A stretch of DNA of 64,000 bases from Candidatus Woesearchaeota archaeon (GCA_016928155.1 JAFGLG010000007.1:58973-122972); one strand, 5' to 3'. Counted from the first letter of the stretch, positions 27,002 to 36,188 are shown. The notes: generated from the sequence alone by a model not told the origin. Made by a program: numbers and translations.

Positions 27002-28411
27002 ATGATTGATATGTGGAACATGAGAAAAACAAGACTGGAAGAACGGATAAAGGAATTAGAGGCAGAAGCAGCCAGACATGAAACCATGATCGGTGCATCA
27101 GCCGAGATAAGGAAAGCCTTGAACGCAGATGATGAACTTATGCCAAGGCTTGATGCAGTCCTTGACATACTCAGGGAATTCTACGGCCAAAACACACAGC
27201 TAGGCATAATGCTGATGGATGAGGGAGGCCAGAGACTCAAGCTGATGAACTACAGAGGGGAACATCATCCATCGCTCGACGGGCTTGTCGTAGAGGTCGG
27301 AAAGGGCATAAGCGGCGCAGCAGCCCGTGAAAAAAGGACAATCAATGCCCCTGATGTCAGGTCACTGGGGTGGAAGAATATCTACATCGGGCCTGAAAGC
27401 ACAAGGTCAGAGATGGCGATACCCCTGATCTTCGAGGAGCATGTCTATGGCGTGCTTAATGCAGAGAGGCATGAGACAGATGCATTCACAGAACAAGACG
27501 AGGGCATGCTACAGATGATCGCAGATTCCATAGCGCCGGTACTGGCAAACAGCTTCTGGAAGAATTCAAAAAGATATGACTCAATGACCGGAGTCTACAG
27601 CTCAGATTACATAAGGACCCTGCTGGCATATACTTCAGGGGACAGACCAGAGAAAGCCACAAAAATACTCGAAAGCAGCCACATTGGCAGCCTGTGCTCA
27701 TCTGATGAGATCATTGTCGGGATATATGACCTTGATTACCTCAAGACCATAAACGACAGCACAGAGGACCACGCAATAGGGGACCAAAGGCTCACTGCAA
27801 TCGCGCACATACTCAGGGATGCTGTCGGAGACAAGGGGCTTGTAGCAAGATACGGCGGAGATGAGTTTGTCGTCGTGATGTTCGACACGAATGCAAAGGA
27901 GTATGAAGGGATACAGGCGACAATAGACAAGAGGATCAAGAGATGGAATGATGATTATAAGGCAAAGATAGCAGAAGGGAGCGAAGCAGACCTGCTGCCA
28001 GACCTCAGCGTATCAAAGGGGTATGTCCAGATCTCAAGATACAATGATGTGACAAGAGGGCTTGAGAAGGCAGACAAGATTCTCTATGAAGAGAAGAACA
28101 GGAGAGCGACAGAAGTGGCCCTGATAGAGATACCAGGACTTTCTGACGGAAGATACACGCCCGAGCAGGTATATGATATTGAACAGGAAATCATGAAATC
28201 GATCAATGGAGACGGATGGGCGCAGAGATTCGGGTCATTGATACAGGTGGGCATGGTCACAAACCCTGACAAGATAAGGAATAAACTTCAGGGGACCCAT
28301 GGAAGATTCAGGCTGCCTGATGGTTCGCAGCTGCAAGAGCCGCAATATTTTGAGCTCATCAGAATGAAAAAGAACGGAAATGGCCATGGGCCGAATGGCA
28401 CATCAGGCTGA
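27002..28411 (+). CDS. GAF-GGDEF protein (diguanylate-cyclase-like)
   Basis: N-terminal coiled coil. GAF core: GISGAAAREKRTINAPDV...EMAIPLIFEEHVYGVLNAE. GGDEF domain: DSMTGVY...IYDLDYLKTIND...GDQRLTAIAHIL...ARYGGDEFVVVMF...LEKADKILYEEKNRR. Confidence 0.85.
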   Translation: MIDMWNMRKTRLEERIKELEAEAARHETMIGASAEIRKALNADDELMPRLDAVLDILREFYGQNTQLGIMLMDEGGQRLKLMNYRGEHHPSLDGLVVEVGKGISGAAAREKRTINAPDVRSLGWKNIYIGPESTRSEMAIPLIFEEHVYGVLNAERHETDAFTEQDEGMLQMIADSIAPVLANSFWKNSKRYDSMTGVYSSDYIRTLLAYTSGDRPEKATKILESSHIGSLCSSDEIIVGIYDLDYLKTINDSTEDHAIGDQRLTAIAHILRDAVGDKGLVARYGGDEFVVVMFDTNAKEYEGIQATIDKRIKRWNDDYKAKIAEGSEADLLPDLSVSKGYVQISRYNDVTRGLEKADKILYEEKNRRATEVALIEIPGLSDGRYTPEQVYDIEQEIMKSINGDGWAQRFGSLIQVGMVTNPDKIRNKLQGTHGRFRLPDGSQLQEPQYFELIRMKKNGNGHGPNGTSG

Positions 28412-28888
28412 TCATCCCAATAGCTTTCTCACTTCTTTGTGCACAAATTTCTCCCAACCCCCTGCTTTCTTCATGATGTGTCTTATCTTTGTTGCAGAGA
28501 GACCATAGTATCTAGGGAGGTGGATGACTTTAAAGCCTGCTTTCTTAAACAACTTCTTGACCAAGGGGGTGCCGGAATAGACAACATCAAAATGACCGAC
28601 AATCTTCCTGACATGGGCTGCGTACCTGCTGTCTGACTCGATATCCCTGATAGCCATCAGCCTATAGTTCCTGATCCCCTCTTTCTTCAAGGTGTTATGC
28701 ACCATACGTCTCCTCAGCCCCGCATGATAAGGATCATGGACCGTGCCAGAGAGCTGGGAGCTCCCTATCACAATCTTGACAAGAGAAAATCTCCTCGACA
28801 AATCCTTCACGACCTTGAGGTGCCCCTTATGGAAAGGCTGGAACCTGCCGATGAACAATGCGACACCACTCTTTTTTGACGAATCCAT
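28412..28888 (-). CDS. archaeal-type nicotinamide-nucleotide adenylyltransferase
   Basis: ALFIGRFQPFHKGHLKVVKDL (the (T/H)xGH motif) plus IVIGSSQ. Length is 158 aa. Confidence 0.8.
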   Translation of the reverse strand: MDSSKKSGVALFIGRFQPFHKGHLKVVKDLSRRFSLVKIVIGSSQLSGTVHDPYHAGLRRRMVHNTLKKEGIRNYRLMAIRDIESDSRYAAHVRKIVGHFDVVYSGTPLVKKLFKKAGFKVIHLPRYYGLSATKIRHIMKKAGGWEKFVHKEVRKLLG

Positions 28889-29101
28889 TTTAATCTGGCA
28901 TCAGTGAAAAACAATGCTGTTTATAAATCTTTTCTAATCTGTTTTGTCGTCGAGAAAATTTATTTTCGTTTGGCATTAGTGACGAATCTCGTCTAGGAAA
29001 AAGTTTTTTCAGCAAAGTTTAAATAGTAGTTGGGCTTGGATGCAATCATTGATTATCAATCAAAAAATGAGGTTTATAAACCAAAAAACTGGGGTGAAAA
29101 G

Positions 29102-30337
29102 ATGAATAGACTTCTAGTAATGTCAGTTCTGATGCTAACAATAATATCCCTTTCCGGATGCGTCCAGACTCCGAATGAGGGGATTGTCAATGTGACAATC
29201 GAGGATTCTGAAGATGCCGGTATGACAACCACGACAGGCGATGCTGTTGCGGATGCTGACGAGGCAGATGCATACGAGAGCGGGGAAGATGAGACAGCAG
29301 AGGCCGAAGATGAAGAATCTGAAGCAGAGACCTCCAAGACTGCAAAATACAAGATAGCTGTCACAGAAGGCGAGCTCGTATCACTGAAACCGAAAGCCGT
29401 CGATCCAGATGCAGATACCATAAAATACATGTTCTCAAAGCCGCTCGATTCAGAAGGGAAGTGGCAGACAGAGACAGGTGACGCCGGAGAATATTATGTC
29501 GATGTCACTGCGACAGACGGCAAGCTCTCAGCCACCCAGACAGTCCTTGTAGTTGTCAATTCGGCAAACAAGGCGCCTGTCATGACAGAGTTAGAGGACA
29601 TAACAGTGAATATGGGCGAGACTGTGAAGATCAGCCCGAAAGCCACTGACCCTGATGGGGACAAGATAAGCTTCTCATTCAGCGGATGGATGACCAAGCC
29701 TTCCTACACCACCCAGAAGGGTGATGAGGGCAAGCACAAGGTCACAGTCACTGCGACAGACGGCACAAGCAGTGTCTCCAAGGACATGTATGTGACAGTC
29801 ATCAAAGAGAACCACGCGCCTGAGATCACAAGCCTCACTGCAGAGCCAGTGCTGGAGAAAGATACAGTGGTACTGGATGTCGAGGCTGAGGATGAGGACG
29901 GCGATGAGGTCTCAATAGTGTTCCCTGAACCATTCAATGATGATGGAGAATGGCAGACCAAAGTGGGAGATGCAGGGACATACAGGGTTGTAGTGACTGC
30001 CACAGACGGAGAGAAGAGCGCTTCAAAAGAGGTCATTGTCAAGGTCAATGCCCTGAACAATGCGCCAGTGCTCGAGCCTATCAAGGACATCACAGTCAAG
30101 GAAGGAGAGACTGTAACCCTGAATGTCAAGGCATCAGATCCGGACGGGGACAAGGTCACAGTGATCATCTCAGGATGGATGAACACGAACACCAAGAAGA
30201 CAGGCTATGATGATGCAGGAGAGTACCAGGTCACAATCAAGGCATCAGACGGCCAGGTGGAGACAACACAGACTGTGGAGATAACAGTCCTTGACCAGAA
30301 TAGGCCGCCGGTCTTTGTAGATATCGTGCAAGGCTAA
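29102..30337 (+). CDS. surface lipoprotein with four tandem Ig/cadherin-like repeats
   Basis: MNRLLVMSVLMLTIISLSGC lipobox, an acidic linker, then a unit of about 90 aa repeated four times (VTEGE.V.L.PKA.DPDGD...GDAGEY.V.VTATDG). Confidence 0.7.
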   Translation: MNRLLVMSVLMLTIISLSGCVQTPNEGIVNVTIEDSEDAGMTTTTGDAVADADEADAYESGEDETAEAEDEESEAETSKTAKYKIAVTEGELVSLKPKAVDPDADTIKYMFSKPLDSEGKWQTETGDAGEYYVDVTATDGKLSATQTVLVVVNSANKAPVMTELEDITVNMGETVKISPKATDPDGDKISFSFSGWMTKPSYTTQKGDEGKHKVTVTATDGTSSVSKDMYVTVIKENHAPEITSLTAEPVLEKDTVVLDVEAEDEDGDEVSIVFPEPFNDDGEWQTKVGDAGTYRVVVTATDGEKSASKEVIVKVNALNNAPVLEPIKDITVKEGETVTLNVKASDPDGDKVTVIISGWMNTNTKKTGYDDAGEYQVTIKASDGQVETTQTVEITVLDQNRPPVFVDIVQG

Positions 30338-30361
30338 TCTTTTTTTTTTCTTTTCTTTAAA

Positions 30362-31522
30362 ATGTCTAAAAAGGTATTTTTGGGAATATTGATGATTCTG
30401 CTGATACCTGCAGTCCTATCCCTGAAATTCACAGTGACAGAAGGAGACCTTTTCAAGCTGAAAGTGACAACATCAGATCCAGACAATGACAGGGTGAGCT
30501 TAGTATATTCTGATCCTCTCGATGACAAAGGAGAATGGCAGACAAGTATCGGGGACGCAGGAGACTATAAGATAAAGATAGGGGCGACAGACGGAAAAGA
30601 TGTAGCGTATGAGACAATAGATCTTGAAGTGGCGAAATATGTCAATTATGAGCCAGAGATAACCACACAGCCCAATTATCATATAGACGAGGGCCAGACA
30701 CTTGAGCTCAAGGTTGCAGTGAGAGACAAGAACGGAGACAAGATCGACATCACATACTCCGGTTACATGAGTGCAGAGTCTAAATACATAGACTATGATC
30801 AGGCAGGGAACTATACATCGTTTATCACAGCAACAGACGGCGTCAATACAGCCAAGGAAGAGATCAATATATTCGTGAACAACATCAACCGGGCACCAGT
30901 GATCGCTAACCTTTCCGACATCAAGGTCAGCGAGGGAGACCAAGTCTTGATACAGCTCGATGCATTCGATCCAGACGGGGATGAGCTCCACTTCTGGTAC
31001 GAAGAGAATGTCACAGGCGCAAACATAACCGACAGAGTGTTCTACTGGACACCGCCGCATTATCTGCTGGACAACAAGCCTCTCAAATTCTATGAGCAAG
31101 AGCCAAGCAACACCTACTTCATAACATTCGGTGTGAGCGATGGAGCAGATGAGGCATACCAGCAGGTTGGGATAAGCGTGCAGAACAAGAACCTTGTGCC
31201 TGTGCCTGTATCGATACAGCCTGCAGAAAGCCACATCCTGATATGGACAGGAGAGTCAGTCAAGTTCTTTGCGAATGTTACAGACTGGGATGAGGATGAA
31301 CTGGAGTATACATGGAGCTTCGGGCCGCTCTCCAAGATGACAGGCACACAGGCAATAGAAAAACATTATGCCAAAGCAGGCGACCATGAAGTCAGGCTCG
31401 AAGTATCAGATGGCAAGGACAAGATAATCAGGACATGGAAAGTGCATGTTTCAGAACCATACAAGCCTCTTGAGCCAGCATATGTTGAAAGGACATCAAA
31501 GACATATGTGCTTTGGTCCTAA
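30362..31522 (+). CDS. surface protein with the same repeat family plus a PKD-like C-terminal domain
   Basis: Signal anchor MSKKVFLGILMILLIPAVLS. Repeats: VTEGDLFKLKVTTSDPDNDRV...GDAGDYKIKIGATDG. The C-terminal ELEYTWSFG...GDHEVRLEVSDG is PKD-like. Confidence 0.7.
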   Translation: MSKKVFLGILMILLIPAVLSLKFTVTEGDLFKLKVTTSDPDNDRVSLVYSDPLDDKGEWQTSIGDAGDYKIKIGATDGKDVAYETIDLEVAKYVNYEPEITTQPNYHIDEGQTLELKVAVRDKNGDKIDITYSGYMSAESKYIDYDQAGNYTSFITATDGVNTAKEEINIFVNNINRAPVIANLSDIKVSEGDQVLIQLDAFDPDGDELHFWYEENVTGANITDRVFYWTPPHYLLDNKPLKFYEQEPSNTYFITFGVSDGADEAYQQVGISVQNKNLVPVPVSIQPAESHILIWTGESVKFFANVTDWDEDELEYTWSFGPLSKMTGTQAIEKHYAKAGDHEVRLEVSDGKDKIIRTWKVHVSEPYKPLEPAYVERTSKTYVLWS

Positions 31523-31764
31523 TTTGTCTGTCTTATCCATTTGTAGTATTATTTCTACTAAAACTCCCACCAACCAACCCCCACCGCTGCACCCAGCTAT
31601 GCGTCAAGCTATGCTGATTGCAGAAAAATTGCATGAGGTCAGGGCCAGTTCGCAGAGCGAACTGGATATATCAAAATATATCCTATGAAATTTTTACTGA
31701 TTGTAAAAGGATTAGGACAAAGGATGTATAAGAACCAGAAAAAAATAAGAAGTTATGACCAAAA

Positions 31765-31838
31765 ATGGCGATGCCGCGCAAATGGCAGCCCATTTGATAG
31801 GCTATTCAAGTGGGACTTTCGCTCTTGCTTCAGTCCCA
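31765..31838 (-). other. tRNA-linked module 3: conserved hairpin followed by an RNA end CATCGCCA and a T-run
   Basis: Minus strand: GTGGGACT-GAAGCAAGAGCGAA-AGTCCCAC-TTGAATA...GCGGCATCGCCA-TTTTT. The hairpin and TTGAATA are shared with 36139..36175. Confidence 0.35.
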
Positions 31839-31869
31839 CGGACTTTGTTAGCAGAAAAAAAGAAACAAA

Positions 31870-31994
31870 ATGGCGATGGCGGGATTCCCAATGATGCATT
31901 AATGTTCTGTTGCATCCTTTTGAGCCCGCGACTTCGCAGCAGCTGAGATGTCAGCTGGCACCATCGTGGGTTTCGACCTTTGGTCTCAAGCCCA
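31870..31994 (-). other. tRNA-linked module 2: hairpins fused to a copy of tRNA-Met positions from about 44 to the 3-prime end, including its T-loop intron
   Basis: The 3-prime 65 nt (31870..31934) matches tRNA-Met exon sequence except for one T/C difference beside the intron. The intron stem GATGC/GCATC is kept while the intron loop differs. Upstream are GGTGCCAGCTGAC and a GTGGG...CCCAC hairpin, and a T-run follows. Confidence 0.4.
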
Positions 31995-32011
31995 CATAAA
32001 AAAGAAAAGAA

Positions 32012-32169
32012 GTGGCGATGGCGGGATTCTCAATGATGCTAGCATTCTTTGCATCCTTTTGAGCCCGCGACTTCCAGATTTCTGTGCCAATATGATCTAT
32101 CATCGCTTTCGCTCAACACTCATAATTGACTTATGAGTCTGGCACTCTAACCAGGCTGAGTTACATCGC
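32012..32169 (-). tRNA. tRNA with CAT anticodon (elongator Met or Ile2) carrying two introns
   Basis: GGCGATG-TA-ACTC-AGCCTGGTTA-GAGT-G-CCAGA-CTCATAA-[about 52 nt intron]-TCTGG-AAGTC-GCGGG-[38 nt, T-loop plus about 31-nt intron]-CCCGC-CATCGCC-A. All stems are perfect. Confidence 0.8.
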
Positions 32170-32237
32170 CACAGCTGTCATAGCAGACAAACAAGGCTTT
32201 TATAAAGCTTTTGCCAGAATTGTATATAAAACAAAAA

Positions 32238-32483
32238 TCATATCTGAAGATCCTGCTCCAGAGTCTCTAATTCTGAGTCAAGGTCCATGTTTTCCAGGTC
32301 CTCAAGGTCCTTGTCAATATCACTGATATCAGTGTCCACTTCATCAATCTCTCCAGCCTGAGCATCCTGGCCAGTGATCTCATCACCTGCCTGATCACCA
32401 GTATCTGGAGCAGGCTTGGAACAGCCGCTTATGAATATCGCAAGCATCAATATCAATGCGACTGGGATTAATATCTTTTTCAT
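32238..32483 (-). CDS. small acidic lipoprotein
   Basis: MKKILIPVALILMLAIFISGC lipobox followed by an Asp/Glu-rich tail. Confidence 0.6.
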   Translation of the reverse strand: MKKILIPVALILMLAIFISGCSKPAPDTGDQAGDEITGQDAQAGEIDEVDTDISDIDKDLEDLENMDLDSELETLEQDLQI

Positions 32484-32575
32484 TGTATCACCTATCCGCG
32501 TTTTAAAGGCAAATCATTTATAAAGGTTGTCAAATGGGGCAGAACAGAGCACAACCCTGCCCTGCATCCATCTGA

Positions 32576-33886
32576 TCAAGCAGTACTGTTTGAATCATCT
32601 GTCTCATTGCTATCATCGCTGTCATCTTCGTCTGGGTCTTCGAGGTCCTCGCACTCTCCGTTGTCGCAGAACTTACCTGTTTCGCAGTCTGAGTCTGCGG
32701 TGCAAGCGTCATCTTCATCTGCCTCTTCATCATCCATGTCATCAGTCTCATTTTCTCCTGAGTCATCATCTGTCCCATTCACATCATCTGTATCAGCATC
32801 GTCTGAATCATCGTCTGTCTCGCTATCCATGTCCTCTGTCCCGTCATCTGCATCCTCCTCTTCATCCTCTGCTTCTACCTTGCCATTCTGGGATTTTATC
32901 TCCCTGACAAGCTCTTTAAGGATCTGATGGGCTTCCTTCAAATATCCATGAGACTCTTTCATCAAAGACTGGGCTTCCTTGATCAGATCAGCCGTTTCAT
33001 CAGCAGTCTTGACCTCATCCCACTTCTCTTTTGCAGCATCATACTTCTCCTGGGCTGCGTCAAGCTTTGCATTGAACTCATCAATCAGCTCCTCTGACCC
33101 GCTCATGTCATACCCTTTTTCTGTATACCTCTCAATAACGTCTTCCAGCCTCTTGCCTAGCTGATCAAGCTTTGTTATTATCTGACCTGCCTTCTCATTG
33201 GCAAGCTTACCAGCAGCGCGCTTCATGACCTTCTCAGTATTCTGCCAAGCATGCCTTATTGTCTTGGCTGCATCCTGGACATCTTCTGATGTGGCATTGT
33301 CGCCTGCTTCTTCTGCTGCATCCTTTGCAGCCTCTATCTCAGCGATCTTATCAGCAATATCATCGAGCATATCCTGCTTCTCATCATCTGAAAGATTCTG
33401 GTTGTCTGCAATCTGTGCCTCAAGCCTCTGCAGATTATTCAGGATAACATCAGAAGCCTGCACAAGGTATCTCTGGGCCTGGGCATTGAACTGGTTCCTT
33501 GCCTTCTGGCACTCAGGAGTGAGATCTCCCTCGGCATCATCCTGCCTGCAGTCAAGCCACTCCATCCTCTGCTTTGCAAGCAGGGCTTTCTGCTCCTGAT
33601 AATTGACCCTGATTACTTCCCTCTGCTGCTTAAGATGTATTATCCTCTCTTTCAGGTTCTCATTGACCTCTTTCAGCCTCTCATTCTGCTTCTTGAATCT
33701 CTTTACATCCAATAGAGGCCTATCATCTGTATCATTATCATCAGAATCAGCACTGCCATCATCCGAAGCATCATCATCATCGGCCAAATGGCCTGCTCCG
33801 GAATTCCCCTGCCTCTCAGCAAACGCAACCGGCATTATACCCAATATCATGATCATTGCCATGAAAACCGCATATGTCTTCTTCAT
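32576..33886 (-). CDS. secreted coiled-coil protein with acidic tail and C-terminal Cys motif
   Basis: Signal MKKTYAVFMAMIMILGIMPVAFA, long heptad-like helical regions, poly-Asp/Glu stretches, and CTADSDCETGKFCDNGEC near the C-terminus. Confidence 0.65.
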   Translation of the reverse strand: MKKTYAVFMAMIMILGIMPVAFAERQGNSGAGHLADDDDASDDGSADSDDNDTDDRPLLDVKRFKKQNERLKEVNENLKERIIHLKQQREVIRVNYQEQKALLAKQRMEWLDCRQDDAEGDLTPECQKARNQFNAQAQRYLVQASDVILNNLQRLEAQIADNQNLSDDEKQDMLDDIADKIAEIEAAKDAAEEAGDNATSEDVQDAAKTIRHAWQNTEKVMKRAAGKLANEKAGQIITKLDQLGKRLEDVIERYTEKGYDMSGSEELIDEFNAKLDAAQEKYDAAKEKWDEVKTADETADLIKEAQSLMKESHGYLKEAHQILKELVREIKSQNGKVEAEDEEEDADDGTEDMDSETDDDSDDADTDDVNGTDDDSGENETDDMDDEEADEDDACTADSDCETGKFCDNGECEDLEDPDEDDSDDSNETDDSNSTA

Positions 33887-34105
33887 ATTGCATTACCTCC
33901 AACAATTTTTCTAAATATGATACATAGTTCATGGTGTATAGTGATATTGTTTAAAAAGATGCTTTCAAGAAACTTGTTTTAAAGCTTTATGAGAGCTCCC
34001 AAAACTTTACAGAGAAATATTCTATCTTTTATGGCTTGAAATGGCTTAAATATCCCTTCTTGCCAAAAAATAAGCTTTAAATATCAAATATCACACACAC
34101 TTCTT

Positions 34106-34765
34106 ATGAAACCTTATTTGACTCTGCTTATGATGATGCTTCTAGCCTGCTATGCGCAAGGCGCTACAGTGCATGGCAAGGTCTATAACCTTGATCTTGA
34201 ACCAGTGGATGCGATTGTGGAGATAAATACGCAGCCAAGGCAGCAGATTGTTGCAGTGAATGGGGACTATTCATTCGATATACCAATCGGGTTTTATACA
34301 TTGACAGCAAAAGAAATTGAGCAAAATGAGACACTAAGTTCAGTCTATGAGAATCTTTTAGTGATAGATGACGGAGACTATGTGCTTGACCTCATACTAT
34401 TCCCTGAGTTCGATTTCGACTATGATGACATCGGGACAGACCTTGATGAGATCGCAGCTGAAGAGGGGCCTGACTGGCATTACCTCATACCTGTCCTGAT
34501 GGCTCTTGTCCTAATGCTTTCGCTCATCTATGTCAAGAGGCTCAAAAGACTGCAGAAGGAGACAGATGAAGCAGACATAGAGCCTGTTGAAGAAAGGATA
34601 ATGCTGCTTCTCAAGAAAAATGGCGGAAGGATGACACAGAAAGAGATCCGTCGGGAAATACCATTATCTGAGGCCAAGATATCACTTGTCATAGCAGATC
34701 TTGAATCGAAAGGAAGACTGAAAAAGATAAAGAAAGGGAGAGGGAACATCATCGCTTTGCAATGA
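34106..34765 (+). CDS. membrane-anchored winged-helix protein with extracellular beta-sandwich-like domain
   Basis: Signal peptide, then VHGKVYNLDLEPV...DGDYSFDIPIGFYTLTA (carboxypeptidase-regulatory-like), one TM segment, then RIMLLLKKNGGRMTQKEIRREIPLSEAKISLVIADLESKGRLKK (wHTH). Confidence 0.6.
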   Translation: MKPYLTLLMMMLLACYAQGATVHGKVYNLDLEPVDAIVEINTQPRQQIVAVNGDYSFDIPIGFYTLTAKEIEQNETLSSVYENLLVIDDGDYVLDLILFPEFDFDYDDIGTDLDEIAAEEGPDWHYLIPVLMALVLMLSLIYVKRLKRLQKETDEADIEPVEERIMLLLKKNGGRMTQKEIRREIPLSEAKISLVIADLESKGRLKKIKKGRGNIIALQ

Positions 34766-35150
34766 GGGAACTCTTATAGATATCTTCTTTGTATGGCTTT
34801 GCTCTCAGGATCTTCGTGCTCATCTTATGTGCAACAAGCTCATATTCAAGATCAAAAGGAACTTTCTGGTCATAACCCAGGCAGATTATGTCGGGCTTTT
34901 CTTCCCTTATGCACCTGAACAGATCTGTATTGTCACCGATCATCACCTTGTCTGCAATCTTCAGCTGCTCAACCATGCTCCTCCTCTCTTCTTCAGAATG
35001 ATCAGGCATTGCACCTTTCAATGCAAAGACATTTGTGTCCCTTGCAACGCACACAATAAGAATATCACCACATGCCTTTGCCTGCTCAAGATAATCCACA
35101 TGTCCAGGATGCACCTTATCAAATGTGCCGAAAGCCATTACCTTCTTCAT
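34749..35150 (-). CDS. cytidylyltransferase-family protein, RibL-like FAD synthase
   Basis: MKKVMAFGTFDKVHPGHVDYLEQAK (GxFDxxHxGH), about 133 aa. Confidence 0.65.
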   Translation of the reverse strand: MKKVMAFGTFDKVHPGHVDYLEQAKACGDILIVCVARDTNVFALKGAMPDHSEEERRSMVEQLKIADKVMIGDNTDLFRCIREEKPDIICLGYDQKVPFDLEYELVAHKMSTKILRAKPYKEDIYKSSLIAKR

Positions 35151-35293
35151 TTTGAGGATACACAATATCATAGGAAATATATAAAATAGTCTCTTGACTT
35201 AACAATGGTTAATCTTGTCTTTTGGTAGATTTTTGTCACTATATAGTGTCTAATATGGTAAGATTTATAAATGGTGGGCAAACCCCATAACCT

Positions 35294-36007
35294 ATGGACG
35301 TTTCTCTCATGAGTAGGGTTAAGGATGCAGTATACCTAAGTATGGAGCACATACACGAAGAAGGATTCGAAGCACTGATACTATCAGGATTCAGCAGCAC
35401 TGTGGCAACTGAGATGATGAGAAAAGCGTGGATGAATCTCTATCCAAACCAAGAGATGCCACCCGTGCATGTTATAGGCCACACTGGCAATGAATTACTT
35501 TATGCTCCCCTGTTCGAGAGAAGACTTGATGCTGAAGAGGAAGAACCATTCTGGATGAATGCCCTCAATGCAAGGAAGAGTCCGCCTAAGAGAGAACTCA
35601 CGCTTGAAAAGAGGATACCTAAAGTCGAGGGATATATGGATGAGATGCATCCAGAAATCATGGCACTGCGAGGCAGGAATGTCGCTTACGTCGACAAGTT
35701 CGCATCATCAGGATTCAAATATGAAGGATTATCAAAAATATTCCCTGCAATAGGATTCCAAGAAATGAAATATGTCTTCTTTGTCTCGCTTGAGAGCACA
35801 CCTCTTGGGGATGATGTGTCCACAACAAGAGATGATGAAGCGACAAAATACCTGCACGTACTTGTGCCCAGCCTCAAAGGATGGTCGAACAGGATATTTT
35901 CTGTTCCAGGGACAATGGAGCAAAGGAAAGCAAGGGTTGTTGCAGATGCATGGATAGAAGCAAAGAAGATGATCACTTACATCGGGATGCCTGTACAAGA
36001 ACCTTAA
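35294..36007 (+). CDS. hypothetical protein
   Basis: 237-aa ORF. No motif recognised. Confidence 0.55.
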   Translation: MDVSLMSRVKDAVYLSMEHIHEEGFEALILSGFSSTVATEMMRKAWMNLYPNQEMPPVHVIGHTGNELLYAPLFERRLDAEEEEPFWMNALNARKSPPKRELTLEKRIPKVEGYMDEMHPEIMALRGRNVAYVDKFASSGFKYEGLSKIFPAIGFQEMKYVFFVSLESTPLGDDVSTTRDDEATKYLHVLVPSLKGWSNRIFSVPGTMEQRKARVVADAWIEAKKMITYIGMPVQEP

Positions 36008-36095
36008 AGAAAGATCGCATAATTCTTTAGGCATTAATGGATCTTGCGGCAATGGAAATCCTTGATCTCCTGATTGCATGTTCCCATGCTTGGCA

Positions 36096-36175
36096 TGGAC
36101 CCTGCGGGAGTCGCACAGCTGCAAAGTCAGCTGGCACCTTATTCAAGTGGGACTTGCACTTTGTTTCAGTCCCAC
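36096..36175 (-). other. tRNA-linked module at the Ala locus: conserved hairpins fused to an exact copy of the tRNA-Ala 3-prime end
   Basis: Minus strand: GTGGGACT-GAAACAAAGTGCA-AGTCCCAC-TTGAATA-A-GGTGCCAGCTGAC-TTTG-CAGCTG-TGCGACTCCCGCAGGGTCCA. The last 21 nt are identical to 36189..36209. Confidence 0.4.
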
Positions 36176-36188
36176 GGATTTCTTAATA

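Noticed and set aside
31446-32326. Five ORFs of 62-80 aa across the tRNA/module region
   Set aside because: They overlap the tRNA(CAT) gene and its tRNA-derived copies. They have no RBS or TATA support, and their sequences simply mirror the repeats.
32527-33914. Plus-strand ORFs (126, 106, 133, 103 aa) rich in Ser/His/Leu
   Set aside because: They are antisense to the acidic coiled-coil secreted protein, and the low-complexity Ser runs are the complement of its Asp/Glu codon runs.
32170-36095. Whether the segment between the two tRNA/module loci is an integrated element bounded by tRNA-derived att sites
   Set aside because: The flanking tRNA-derived copies belong to different tRNAs (Met-like and Ala) and so are not a matching att pair. 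The segment contains a housekeeping-type RibL-like gene, and there is no integrase.
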